Assembly (NCBI GenBank): GCA_963674945.2
Contig: CAXXWQ010000004.1
Span: 384,001 to 448,000, forward strand
Length of the DNA: 64,000 nt
DNA from: an uncultured Desulfosarcina sp.
GTDB taxonomy: Bacteria; Desulfobacterota; Desulfobacteria; Desulfobacterales; Desulfosarcinaceae
Direction: 5' to 3'
Below the pieces are notes generated by a model. The model saw only the letters and a program-made list of their open reading frames with translations, was not told the origin of the DNA and made no database searches. Shown here one piece after another: positions 29,075 to 40,400 of this stretch. Every line of letters begins with the position of its first letter. The stretch's first letter is position 1. Made by a program: the position numbers and the translations under genes.

Positions 29075-30067
29075 TCAATACCGCAGCGGTTCCACCAACG
29101 TAGCGAGAATGGGAATATCCACGAAAAAAAGGACCGCGATGGTGACGGCAAGTGCCCCAACATAGATCACAAACTTGGTCTCTTTATATAATTTTTCGGG
29201 AGTCTGCGTTGATGAGAAAGGCTTCATGGCGATGGCCAAGTACCAGGTAAACAGCAATGCGAAAAGCGGGAAAGACAATACGAACTCGATGCGATATTTT
29301 ACCAGGAAAATACCGAGAAAAAACACAGAGGAGAGGGCGTAGAAAAAGGAAGAAAGAAGAAGACTTTGTTCCGTATAACTCTTAAATGAGGCGCGATAGC
29401 GGGCTGCGCGTTCGGGATCATTAATGAAACGATATTCGGCGTAACGCTTCATCGCCATAAGAAAGGCACCTCCCATCCAGTAGGCAAGCAGTATACTGGA
29501 AGGAGGCAACTGGGCGGTCACGATGACGGACCATCCGAGCAACAATCGAATCGGGTTGTTGACCGATTCGCTCAGCACATCCAAAAAGTAAATCTCTTTG
29601 GTACGAAAGGGTTTAACATTGTAGATGATTCCCATGACGAGAAGAAGAAAAGAGAACCAAATAAACTCCCTGGTCAAAAAACTAGCAAAAAAGAGCCCCA
29701 GGATGGTCAGCAGAACATATTCGGCAAAGACATACTTTGCCTGAATATTTCCCACCGCCGACGGCCGATGTTTCTTTACCGGATGATGGCGATCAAATTC
29801 GGCATCCAACCATTCATTGATGACGTAATTTGCCGATGCGATAAGGCAAGTACTCACGATACCAATAAGCATGGGAAAGAAGCATTGGACCAGGGAAGCA
29901 TCTGTGAGAACCAGTGCCAGGGCAACGCCCGGAAGCATAAACAGATTTTTGAACCAGTGATCGGGTCTAGCGATTTTAACGTATTCTTGAAAGGCAATTT
30001 TTTCGGAACAATTCGGAACCATCGGAATGTTTTGAGAATGATTCTGCATCGATTGCGCTCCTGTCAA
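29075..30067 (-). CDS. UbiA-family prenyltransferase, decaprenyl-phosphate phosphoribosyltransferase-like
   Basis: RPDHWFKNLF, ASANYVINEWLDAEFDRHHPVKKHRP, KRYAE. Confidence 0.85.
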   Translation of the reverse strand: MTGAQSMQNHSQNIPMVPNCSEKIAFQEYVKIARPDHWFKNLFMLPGVALALVLTDASLVQCFFPMLIGIVSTCLIASANYVINEWLDAEFDRHHPVKKHRPSAVGNIQAKYVFAEYVLLTILGLFFASFLTREFIWFSFLLLVMGIIYNVKPFRTKEIYFLDVLSESVNNPIRLLLGWSVIVTAQLPPSSILLAYWMGGAFLMAMKRYAEYRFINDPERAARYRASFKSYTEQSLLLSSFFYALSSVFFLGIFLVKYRIEFVLSFPLFALLFTWYLAIAMKPFSSTQTPEKLYKETKFVIYVGALAVTIAVLFFVDIPILATLVEPLRY

Positions 30068-30453
30068 AAAGTGAGTGAATTATCGCACAATAAGAATGAA
30101 AGGAATGGCAAGTCCAAAACACATTCAACTGTCTATTGCACAAGATTATCGTCATATTCACATCCAAACAGTCATCCTGCCGGAAGCCGGTAGCGATGAA
30201 TACGGATCGGGTAAAAATGAATCAAATAAAAATCTGTCCTTTCCGGCCTGCACGTCAATCGATAGACACACTGTGAATGCTACCTTGACGGAAAGAATAC
30301 ACATATCGTGCCATCTTTTTACCTACCAGATAACAGGTATTTATCAATACCTTGTGTGAAAAAAATGGCAAGATGGACAATTTTTTTCTCAAAAAATGTG
30401 GTAATGGTGACATTTTTCCTGAATTTCCTTGGTTGATACCGAATGGTTTTAAC

Positions 30454-31260
30454 ATGAACACAGACCCAAACCAATGCAAAGTGTACCTGTGCCAGGTGGG
30501 GCCCTTTTTGTCCTGTGGTGCCTGTTACGGCCTCTACAATGTGCGAGATCCTTCACGAGAAGCACTCACCGCCATGTTGTGACGACGGACGAAATGGTTT
30601 TCTGATGTTCCACGAAGCATGCCGGCATCGATGAATTCAAGGCACAAGTCGAGGCCACGGAGCCTTCTGCGCGGCCGTTTCCAGACTTTCACCATTGTCC
30701 ATTTCTGGGACTGATCGAAGACACGGGCAAGCGGGTGGGATGACTCTTGCATCCATCGGCGAAAGGCAATGGCGGCATAGACTGGTGAGGCCTGAGTTAC
30801 TGCGGTGGGATGGCCTGCCGCACCTATTTTTGTCCCAGTGTAAAAAAATTGCCTTCCCGTTGGCTGTCCGTTGTCCTTCGAAGTGGAAGCCAATGGTATC
30901 TGCACGGTCTCATCGTCACCGAACGACGGCTGCTGGCCGCATTTTTTCAGGAGTTGGAAGATCGAACCGGGCGGCCCCTTACGGACGCCGACTTTCTTCC
31001 CGGTTCCGACGCGGCACGGCGTTTTTCCGATTTTGTGGATCTTAAGCGAACATGGGCGTTTCGTCGCGACGGTGCGCCGGGGATGTGTAATTACTTCTTT
31101 GAGGACGGCCACTACCCAAGGCAACCGGAATTCCGGAAAATTGGCCGTCGGGTCCCATGGAAACGATATTTCGGGAACTCGATTCCCATTTTCTGTCGAA
31201 AACGGCTGCGACCGAAGCACGCAGGCAGATCGAAAAGCTATTCGCTGACATTGTTGAACA
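30454..31260 (+). pseudogene. Degraded Cys-rich hypothetical gene
   Basis: YLCQV..SCGACYGLYN..ML* (TGA 30580), frameshift near 30620, then FHHCPFLG..RVG*LLHP (TGA 30741)..DW*GLSYCGG (TGA 30786) running in frame into MACRTYFCPS (30810). Ends approximate. Confidence 0.7.
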
Positions 31261-31409
31261 GCTCGAAGTTTAGGATGCCGGCGTCAACGCCCACCCGCAA
31301 AGCGGGTGGCTTTGATATTCGGCCATCGGCCGGATATCCAAAAGCACGATAGCGCTTTCATCGTTCGGGTTGGTTCCGGTTGCAAGGCAACCGGTTTGAA
31401 TGCAACGAA

Positions 31410-32726
31410 TCATCGTTCAAAGTGTGCTTTTACGATCTCTTCCAGCGTGGGAGAGCTGTTGTCCCTATAGCTGTATCGCACCCGAACCACGGGTTTTCCC
31501 ACCGAAACCACATCGCCAAGATCGATGGGGGTCGCAGAAAGCACGATATCGCAGGGGCATTGGTTGATGGTTTTTTCAAGATCCTTGATCTGCGTTCGGC
31601 TATATCCCATGGCGGGAATCAGGGTGCCGATGTGGGGATAGGCGGAGAAGGAATCCTTCAATGATCCTGTCAGGTGGGGCCTGGGATCCACGAGAGCGGC
31701 CGCACCGAATCGCCGGGCAGCGATGACACCGGCACCGTAGGCCATCCCACCATGGGTCAATGTGGGTCCATCCTCCACGACGAGGACTCGCTTTCCCTTT
31801 ACCATCTCGGGATCATCCACCATGACGGCGGAATCCGCAAGAATGATGGTGGCATTGGGATTGTGCTTCTCGATTGTCTTCCGGACCAGTTCCACTTTTT
31901 CCGGAAGGGCGCTGTCCACCTTGTTGATCACGGCCACATGGGCCATGAGCATATTGGTCTCGCCGGGATGGTATCGTGTCTCGTGGCCGGCCCGATGGGG
32001 ATCGAACACCACGATATTCAGATCAGGCCGAAAAAATGGCGTATCGTTGTTTCCGCCATCCCAGACGATGACATCGGCCTCTTTTTCCGCTGCTTCCAAG
32101 ATCAATCCGTAGTCGATGCCGGCGTAGACCACCGCTCCCATGTCGATGACCGGCTCGTACTCCTCACGCTCTTCTATGGTACACTGGTGCCGTGTGAGAT
32201 CCGCTTTGGAACTGAACCGCTGCACCACCTGCCGGGTAAGATCACCGTATGGCATGGGATGCCGGACCGAAACCACCTGCTTCCCCATCTTTTGCAGAAT
32301 CTCGATGATTTTGCGGCTGGTCTGGGACTTTCCACAGCCGGTACGAACGGCACAGACGGATATCACCGTCTTCTTGGAGGTGAGCATCGTATACGGGGCG
32401 CCGATAATAATGAAATCGGCACCGGCGGCGGTGGTCAAAGATGCCTTGTGCATCACCTCTTCATGGGAGACGTCGCTGTAGGAAAAAGCCACCAGATCCA
32501 CCTGGTGCTCGCGGATCAACGACACCAGCCGACGATCCGAATAGATTGGAATCCCGTCGGGATATCGGCTCCCGGACAACTGCGGGGGGTAGATACGACC
32601 GTCGATATCGGGAATCTGGGTGGCGGTGAATCCCACCACCCGATACCGTTCGTTGTCTCGAAAGTAGACGTTGAAGTTGTGAAAATCCCTGCCGGCGGCC
32701 CCCATGATGATCACTTTTTCCTTCAT
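31410..32726 (-). CDS. COG2403 P-loop NTPase (arginine synthetase ArcE / cyclic 2,3-diphosphoglycerate synthetase-like)
   Basis: MGAAGRDFHNFN, AVRTGCGKSQT, RHPMPYGDL, CTIEEREEYEP, WDGGNND, VEDGPTLTHGGM. Confidence 0.82.
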   Translation of the reverse strand: MKEKVIIMGAAGRDFHNFNVYFRDNERYRVVGFTATQIPDIDGRIYPPQLSGSRYPDGIPIYSDRRLVSLIREHQVDLVAFSYSDVSHEEVMHKASLTTAAGADFIIIGAPYTMLTSKKTVISVCAVRTGCGKSQTSRKIIEILQKMGKQVVSVRHPMPYGDLTRQVVQRFSSKADLTRHQCTIEEREEYEPVIDMGAVVYAGIDYGLILEAAEKEADVIVWDGGNNDTPFFRPDLNIVVFDPHRAGHETRYHPGETNMLMAHVAVINKVDSALPEKVELVRKTIEKHNPNATIILADSAVMVDDPEMVKGKRVLVVEDGPTLTHGGMAYGAGVIAARRFGAAALVDPRPHLTGSLKDSFSAYPHIGTLIPAMGYSRTQIKDLEKTINQCPCDIVLSATPIDLGDVVSVGKPVVRVRYSYRDNSSPTLEEIVKAHFER

Positions 32727-32841
32727 ACGGTCCCCTCCTTTGGTTTGAAGAAAATAAGTATATCATCATAAAAACCGATTTTCCATTTCCACAAATCACC
32801 GCGGCGAACTTTTCTTTGACTTGGCCATTTCCGGATGGATA

Positions 32842-33918
32842 CTAAGCTGTGGCCAATTCGAATCCGTCCTCCAGCAACCCCATCAGATCGCTGACCGACA
32901 TGATCTTGTCCACGCGAAAGGCATTGGCCCCTGCAAAGGCGAAACCGTTTTTCAATTTTCCCCGTCTGGCCGAAGCCAGGGCCAGACCGATGCAATACGG
33001 GCTGTTTTCCGGATCACAGGTCTTGAGGCAGTGATAGGGGCAACGAAAGGGACGTTTGGCCCCTTTTGCCACATCGGCCAGAAACTGATTCTTCAATGCC
33101 CTTCCGGGAAGTCCCACCGGACTCTGGATCACGGTCAGGTCTTCTGCCTGGGCATCGACATATGCCTGTTTAAAGATCGGATCCGCATCACACTCGTGGG
33201 TGGCGACGAATCGGGTACCCATCTGAACGCCGCTGGCACCCAATTCCAAAAAACGCTTTATATCCTCACCGTCATATACGCCTCCGGCAGCGATGACGGG
33301 AATAGAGACCCCATGCTCGGATTCGACGGATTTCATCTGCTGTACCACATCACGGACCAGGTTTTCCAGGCAGAAGACCGGATCATCCAGTTGACTCGCC
33401 TTGAAACCCAAATGGCCGCCCGCCTTGGGACCTTCCACGACGAAAGCGTCCGGCAGGTACCCGTAGCGCTGATGCCATCTCTTGCAGATCACGGCGGCGG
33501 CCCGGCCGGACGATACGATGGGAACGAGTCGGGTCATGTCTCCTTTCTTCAGGAAACCGGGCAGGTCCAAGGGAAGACCGGCACCGGCAAAAATGATGTC
33601 GATCTTCTCGGCGATGGCGGTTTTTACCAGATCGGCGAAATGGGTAAGCGCCACCATGATATTTACCCCCAGGATACCGTCGGTCCTGGACTTTGCCGTT
33701 CGAATCTCTCTGGAAAGGGAGCGGCAATTGGCTTCCCGGCAGTTGGTGGCGACATCCTTTTCGGTGATGCCGACCATGGCACTGGCGATGACACCGATGC
33801 CTCCGGCGTTGGCCACGGCCGAAGCCAGGCCCGACATGGAGATTCCCACCCCCATCCCCCCTTGGATGATGGGCAGACGGCTGATCAGATGGCCGATCTT
33901 CAATTCAGGTAGTTTCAT
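32842..33918 (-). CDS. Nitronate monooxygenase / FabK-like FMN oxidoreductase
   Basis: PIIQGGMGVGIS, VEGPKAGGHLG, AAGG, GVQMGTRF, SPVGLPGRA, C-terminal CPYHCLKTC...YC. Confidence 0.88.
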   Translation of the reverse strand: MKLPELKIGHLISRLPIIQGGMGVGISMSGLASAVANAGGIGVIASAMVGITEKDVATNCREANCRSLSREIRTAKSRTDGILGVNIMVALTHFADLVKTAIAEKIDIIFAGAGLPLDLPGFLKKGDMTRLVPIVSSGRAAAVICKRWHQRYGYLPDAFVVEGPKAGGHLGFKASQLDDPVFCLENLVRDVVQQMKSVESEHGVSIPVIAAGGVYDGEDIKRFLELGASGVQMGTRFVATHECDADPIFKQAYVDAQAEDLTVIQSPVGLPGRALKNQFLADVAKGAKRPFRCPYHCLKTCDPENSPYCIGLALASARRGKLKNGFAFAGANAFRVDKIMSVSDLMGLLEDGFELATA

Positions 33919-34068
33919 TATTGCACCGTTGAGAAAGAGTAAAAAAACGATTTATCGTATTGTGATAATCGGCATGCGAAACTGTTTCCTTAGCTTGGAC
34001 TTTGCATTTTAGGCAAGACAGAAGGGATGCGTGACAAAAGTTTTACACGATTCGTTCAAATGGCCCGA

Positions 34069-34944
34069 TCACGACTGCGGGGAAACATCCACCATGACGG
34101 AGAGGGTGTGCATACCACCGCCCATGACCACCCCTTTTACCGGGGTGACGTCACCGTAATCTCGGCCCCACGCCAGCGTAATGTGCCGATTCCCGGGAAT
34201 CAGGTTGTTGGTGGGGTCCAGATCCACCCATCCCTGATCCGGGACATAGAGGGAGAGCCAGGCGTGGGAGGCATCGGCGCCCACGAGCTTGGGTTTGCCC
34301 TGGGGCGGCAGGGTCTCCAGGTAGCCACTCACATACCGGGCTGCAAGGCCGATGCTCCGCAGACAACCGATGGCCAGATGAGCAAAATCCTGGCACACGC
34401 CCTTGCGGCTTTCAAGCACCTGCGCGATGCGCGTGTCGATGGTGGTGGCATTCTTGTCATAGGTGAATTCGGAAAAAATTCGTCCCATGAGGTCCAGCGC
34501 ACCTTCCATGATCGACCGGCCCGGAGGAAAGGAAGGCCGTGTGTAGTCGTTGACAGTTCCATCCAAGTCGATCATGGGACTTTCGAAAACGAACTGGTAA
34601 GCGTCGAGGTCGGCCGGACGACTGTGGGTCGCCAATTGTTCGGCGACCTCTTCCCAGGAAGGCGACGAAAGGACATCAACCTGCCCTTCCCCAGGGGTTT
34701 CCACATGGCTTTCGGCGATCATGGTCAGTTCGTCGTGGGGGTGCTGTATCATGAACATCTGTACCGTGTTTCCGAAGAAATCGGTCCTGCAGTTCTCATA
34801 CTGTGGCTCGGGCGAGATGGCCAGATGATGGCGGGTGACCCGCTGGGTATCGGTCGTTCTGGGGGACAGGATCAGCTCGTTCTGGGAGAGAGAGGCCGGT
34901 TCCGAATAGCGGTATACCGTTTTGTGAATAATCCGGTACTTCAT
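34069..34944 (-). CDS. Transglutaminase-like protein (bacterial N-terminal domain + core)
   Basis: MKYRIIHKTVYRY, GVCQDFAH, ARYVSGYL, SHAW, DLDPTN, GRDYGDV. ATG 34944 overlaps upstream stop. Confidence 0.92.
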   Translation of the reverse strand: MKYRIIHKTVYRYSEPASLSQNELILSPRTTDTQRVTRHHLAISPEPQYENCRTDFFGNTVQMFMIQHPHDELTMIAESHVETPGEGQVDVLSSPSWEEVAEQLATHSRPADLDAYQFVFESPMIDLDGTVNDYTRPSFPPGRSIMEGALDLMGRIFSEFTYDKNATTIDTRIAQVLESRKGVCQDFAHLAIGCLRSIGLAARYVSGYLETLPPQGKPKLVGADASHAWLSLYVPDQGWVDLDPTNNLIPGNRHITLAWGRDYGDVTPVKGVVMGGGMHTLSVMVDVSPQS

Positions 34945-37445
34945 GGTGCACCGCCACCTTGAATCGTCGAAAAATGCGGCGTCGTCGGAACCCGGGTAAG
35001 GTAATGCGCCGATACATGCCGGGAGAATCGGGCCAACCGTTTCTCCATGGTTTCGAAAAAGTCGAGCAAAACGGCCCGGCCTTCGCTCTCCGCCTTGCAT
35101 GTCAATTCACGCAAATCCAACAGACGAACGGCGGTGAGCATCTCGAGGGAGAGGCGCTCTTCGGCGGTGGCAAATCTCCGTTCTTCCTGCCGGGGCAGCT
35201 TCTCCACGTGTGCGGCGATGCGATGACACTGAAAGGCGAGGGACTTGGGATTGCTTTCATCCGCCACCAGAAGGTCCATGACCGGGGCAAGCTGAAAGGC
35301 CGTCCGGTAGCGGCTTCGGTAGGTCATGATGCTGTCGGACACCTCCAGCAAGGCCTCTAATGCGCTTCTGGACTGGTCACAGACCCGTGGCAAACCGAAT
35401 CGAAGCAGTTGGATCTGATGGATGGCCCGTTCCACCCGACGCCCCATGTCCATAAACCGCCAACCCAACCCCCGGGTCATACTTTCCATGGCAAGACCGG
35501 AAAAGGCGCTCAATGTAAACAGGGTTTCGTCGAGAAGATCCAATGGATCATTGTCTTCCCTTTCCGCAAACCGGTCCAACCGGTTGACGACCCGCCAACA
35601 GTCCAGTGAGAGGCGATCGCGAACGTTGCGTGCCGCCTCTCGGACCCTTTCGAGTACGGCCGCCACGGTTTCGGTTCGATCCAATGCAAAAAGGGCTTCC
35701 TTCAATTGACCAGACAGGGTACGGAAACGAGGAATCTCAGCGCTATCCTCGGGCATGGTGGAAACAACCCCTTCCGAACGAAGCAGGTTCAGCAGAAATG
35801 GCAATTCGGGAATGTCGATCAGGCGCATCTCACCGGAAAGACGGCGGTAAACACAACGCAAAAGGCGGATCATCCCCTCCGCCCGCTCGAGGTAGCGTCC
35901 CATCCACAACAGGTGGTCAGCCACCCGGCTGGGCAGATCGCTGCCACGCTTGAACCCATCCACGGCCTGAAGGCTGCCCATGAGGCTGAACGGAACCACA
36001 GGCCCATCGGAAAAAACCCATATGTCCTTGCTCTGCTGCAATTCCGGTGCACCGTACAGCAGTGTGGAAACGTCTGCCGCGGTGATGGCCAGACCACCGG
36101 GCATGACGGCGTATCCGTCTTCGATGGCACAGGCAAATACACGCAAGACGGTATATCGGGATTCGACGCGGCCGGACCGCCAGGCCGGAACCACCGACGG
36201 CGCCACCGGTTCAAGCCCCATGAATCCGTGGGGTGCTGCCAAGATTGCTTCCGCCATATTCTCGGAGTTTGGCGTCGCAGACCATCCCATGGCTCCTTGC
36301 ACCGTTAACCGGTCGAGATTGGCCAGCACATGATCGCAATCCGGCTTCGTGCCGCACCACCAACGCGGATGGTTTTCCATGAGCAGATCGCTGTCCAGGA
36401 AATGCCGGCAGAGCCGGGGAAGAAAGACCGACAACACCGGCGTGTCCACCCATCCGCTGCCCACGGGATTGACCATATCCACCCGCCCTTCCCGGCAGGC
36501 CTGAAGGAGGCCGGCCACACCGCCACCGGTCTCCCTGCGTATGGCGAAGGGATCGCTTCCATCGTCCGGAATATGGCGGAAGATCGCCTCCACCGGTTCC
36601 AGACCGGCCAGTTTTTTCAAGAAGACCTTGCCGTTTCGCACCGTGAGGTCCTGCCCTTCCACCAGGGGATACCCCAGATACCGGGAGAGCAGCGCGTGTT
36701 CAAAATAGATACGACTTTCCGGCCCGGGGCTGAGCAGGACGATGCTCGGATCGTCTCTTCCCGGTTCGGACCTTCGGGCGATGTTCTGATGAAAAGCATG
36801 AAAAAAAGGGGCGAGTCTTCGAATCTGGGTCTGGTGATACAGTTCGGAAAAAACCCTGGAGATGACGATACGGTTTTCCAGGACGTACCCGAGGCCGGCC
36901 GGATTGTTTCCATAATCGCGCAGGACGGAAAATCTGCCGTCGACGCCGCGGTACAGGTCGGCGGCGTAGTAGGTCAGATACCTCTTCCCAACAGGGACGA
37001 TGCCATGGCAGGCGCGCAAGAAATTGGGATTGGCATAGATCAGCTCCGGAGGCAGATGCCCCTTTTGAATCAGATTCTGGGGACCGTACACGTCGGCAAG
37101 GATTCGATCGAGCAGACCGGCCCGCTGGATCAGCGCCGTCTCGATTGTCGACCATTCGGCGGCGGTGATGGGCAGGGGCAGCATATCCAGTGCCCAAGGC
37201 GTTCCCCGACCGCCGGCGTCGTCGAAGGGATTGAAGGTGGCGCCATCCTCGTGGCGCATACGTCGGACCCTTTCCTGGCGCCCATCGAGAAGAGCCGATG
37301 TGGTAGAACCAAATGCGGTTGCCAATGGGAGCCAATGGGAACGCGGGCCTTGGCCTCCGAAGGCCTCGTTAAAGGCGTGATCGGGGAAAAAGCCGGCTTC
37401 AAACTGGATCGGTACCCCATTGGCGGCACTATCGGTCATCCCCAC
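34941..37445 (-). CDS. Circularly permuted type 2 ATP-grasp fused to alpha-E (DUF403) domain
   Basis: PAGLGYVLENR, YFEHALLSRYLG..LVEG.DL, VMPGGL, SKDIWV, then SRVAD.L.WMGRYLERAE and GRRVERA. Confidence 0.9.
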   Translation of the reverse strand: MGMTDSAANGVPIQFEAGFFPDHAFNEAFGGQGPRSHWLPLATAFGSTTSALLDGRQERVRRMRHEDGATFNPFDDAGGRGTPWALDMLPLPITAAEWSTIETALIQRAGLLDRILADVYGPQNLIQKGHLPPELIYANPNFLRACHGIVPVGKRYLTYYAADLYRGVDGRFSVLRDYGNNPAGLGYVLENRIVISRVFSELYHQTQIRRLAPFFHAFHQNIARRSEPGRDDPSIVLLSPGPESRIYFEHALLSRYLGYPLVEGQDLTVRNGKVFLKKLAGLEPVEAIFRHIPDDGSDPFAIRRETGGGVAGLLQACREGRVDMVNPVGSGWVDTPVLSVFLPRLCRHFLDSDLLMENHPRWWCGTKPDCDHVLANLDRLTVQGAMGWSATPNSENMAEAILAAPHGFMGLEPVAPSVVPAWRSGRVESRYTVLRVFACAIEDGYAVMPGGLAITAADVSTLLYGAPELQQSKDIWVFSDGPVVPFSLMGSLQAVDGFKRGSDLPSRVADHLLWMGRYLERAEGMIRLLRCVYRRLSGEMRLIDIPELPFLLNLLRSEGVVSTMPEDSAEIPRFRTLSGQLKEALFALDRTETVAAVLERVREAARNVRDRLSLDCWRVVNRLDRFAEREDNDPLDLLDETLFTLSAFSGLAMESMTRGLGWRFMDMGRRVERAIHQIQLLRFGLPRVCDQSRSALEALLEVSDSIMTYRSRYRTAFQLAPVMDLLVADESNPKSLAFQCHRIAAHVEKLPRQEERRFATAEERLSLEMLTAVRLLDLRELTCKAESEGRAVLLDFFETMEKRLARFSRHVSAHYLTRVPTTPHFSTIQGGGAP

Positions 37446-37490
37446 ATCCCTTTGCTCATGGTACGTGTCGAGAAGCGGATCGTACCCCGA

Positions 37491-40400
37491 TCATCGCCGC
37501 AAATCAAGGGTATAGGGAAAGTCGGCGTTGATTTCCAGGGCCGGAATACCGCCGATCTCACCGGGTGTATGGCCACCGGGAACGAATCGGGCGTGGCGCC
37601 TTCCTTCCGCCTCCCAGCCGTTCACCGGAAACGTTTCGTAGTTACGTCCGCCCGGGTGTCCTACGTGGTAGGTGCAACCGCCCACGGCCCGTCTGGACCA
37701 GCGGTCGTATATGTCCATCACCAACGGCGTATGCACACCGATGGTGGGGTGGAGGCAGGAATGTGGCTGCCAGGCACGGTATCGGACACCGGCCACATAT
37801 GTACCATCGACGTCGGTGGGCTGCAGGGGAACCCTTCTTTTGTTGCACAAAACGATGTATCTGCCTTCGGTCATGCCCGATACCTTCACCTGGAGCCGTT
37901 CCACCGAGGAGTCCACGTATCGTGCCGTTCCCCCCGAACTGGGTTCCTCGCCCAGTACGTGCCAGGGTTCCAGCGCATGGCGAAGCTCCATCTCCATCCC
38001 CCGGTAGGCGACCCGCCCGTAGATGGGAAAACGGAACTCGAAATGGGGGTGAAAGAAATCCAACGAAAGAGGGAAACCGGCCTTGTTAAGAACTTCAAGT
38101 ACATCTGCGAAATCCATGTGTACCATTTCCGGCAGCATGAACCGGTCATGCAGCCGAGTGCCCCACCGCACCAGTTTCTGCCGGTATGGGGTCTGCCAGA
38201 ACCAGGTCACGAAAACACGAAGGAGAAGTTGCTGTGCCAGACTCATGCGGGCATGGGGGGGCATTTCAAAGGCGCGTAGCTCAAGCAGCCCCAACCGGCC
38301 GGCACTGCTGTCCGGCGAATAGAGCTTGTCGATGCAAAACTCCGCCCGGTGGGTATTTCCCGTCACATCCACCAGCAGATGACGAAACAACCGGTCCACC
38401 AGCCACGGCGGACACACCCGGTCCGGTCCCGTCTGCCGATCCAGCTCGGCGAAGGCGATCTCCAGTTCGTAGAGACTGTCATGGCGGGCTTCGTCGATAC
38501 GCGGCTGCTGGCTGGTGGGGCCGATGAAGAGTCCTGAAAAGAAAAAACTCAGGGATGGATGGTTGTTCCAGAAGGTGACGAGACTGCGCAGCAGGTCCGG
38601 CCGGCGAAGAAAGGGGCTGTCCGCCGGCGTTGCGCCACCGATGACGATGTGATTGCCGCCGCCAGTACCCGTATGGCGGCCGTCCAGCATGAACTTCTCC
38701 GTCCCCAGGCGGCATTGCCGGGCCGATTCGTACAGGTCCGTGGTGGATTCGACCATCTCTTGCCAACTGCCCATGGGCTGGATATTCACCTCCATCACCC
38801 CGGGATCCGGCGTGATCTTCAGGTATTTCAGTCGTGGATCGAAGGGCGGTGTATACCCTTCGATGATGACGGGAAGCCCCATTGCCGCAGCTGTGGCCTC
38901 GATGGCGGCAACCAGCTCCAGGTATCCGGTAAGGGTCATGATGGGCGGCATGAATACATGGAGACGTCCCTGTCTGGGTTGAACGCAAAGGGCCGTACGC
39001 ACGACCCAGGCGGCCGATTCACCCGCCACCGGTTTCGGCGCGGCAAAGGGTCCGGGTTGGGTACGCACCCCCTCTTGGATTTTTTCTCCTTCGGCGCCCA
39101 ATATGAATCGCTGCTCCCCATGAAGATCGGGCAATGGTCCGCGATCGGCCATGGGATCTAGGGGGTGATCAAAGGGAAAATCGGTTTCCGAAACCCACGG
39201 CAGTGATTCCAGGGGCAGTCGCAAACCGGCCGGACTGTCGCCGGGTAGCAGAAACATGTGTTCGCCCCGAAAAGGCCAGGGCCCGCTTTTCCAGGAACCG
39301 TATTGTAAGGGAAGAACATATCCGACCACCGCTCCCAGGCCTCTTTCGAAAGTGTCGGCCATGCGCCTTCGCGCCTCCGGGTCGGAGAGTTTCGGATCGG
39401 TTGGGCATACATTGACCGGAAGCCGCTGTTCCTTGTGCAGGTAGTAAAAAATATCTTCGTAACTCTCCCGGATGAAACGACGGTGCACATCCAACCGATC
39501 GGCCAGGTGCTCGATGAACCGTTTCGCCTCTCCTGCCCCGAACCCATACGCCACTGCGGTATCGGCGATCCACCGATCATCGTTCCAGACGGGTTTTCCA
39601 TCCTCGCGCCAGTAACACGAAAGCGCCCACCGCGGCAGGGATTCGCCCGGGTACCACTTTCCCTGTCCGTAATGCAAAAGCCCGCCCGGCGACCACCGCT
39701 TTCTCAGCCGTTTGATCAACGTTTCGGACAATTGCCGTTTTTCCTCCCCCAGAGCCTCGGTGTTCCATTGGGCGCCGTCCATGTCGTCGATGGAGACGAA
39801 GGTGGGTTCGCCCCCCATGGTCAGGCGTACGTCCGATTTTTCCAACATCCGGTCCACACGGTCCCCCAAATCCACGATGGCCTGCCATACCGAATCGGGA
39901 TAGGGTTTCGTGGAGCGGGGCTCCTCTCGAATGCGGCGCACTTGCATGGTGTGGGAGAAGTCCACCTTGCATTCGTCCACGGCACCGGTGATGGGAGCCG
40001 CTCGCTGGGGTTCCGGCGAACATGCAAGGGGGATGTGCCCCTCACCGGCAAATAGCCCGGAAGTGGGATCCATGCCCACCCATCCGGCACCGGGCAGGTA
40101 GACCTCGGTCCAGGCATGGAGATCGGTAAAATCCGTTTCGGGCCCCGAAGGGCCGTCCAGGGACTTGATGTCCGGGGCCAGTTGGATGAGGTATCCGGAG
40201 ACGAAGCGCGCGGCCAGCCCGAGATGGCGCAGGATGTTGACCAAGAGCCAGGCCGAGTCCCGGCAACTGCCGCTTTTCAACGAGAGTGTCTTCTCGCAAC
40301 TTTGCACGTTGGGTTCCATGCGGATGAGATACCGAATGTCGTCTTTCAACCGGCGGTTCAAATCCACCAGGAAATCGATGATGTGCTTTTTGCGACGGTC

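Noticed and set aside
30580..30788. Selenocysteine or recoding explanation for the three in-frame TGA codons
   Set aside because: A frameshift is also required, no SECIS-like hairpin was evident, and other genes here use TGA as a normal stop. Decay is simpler.
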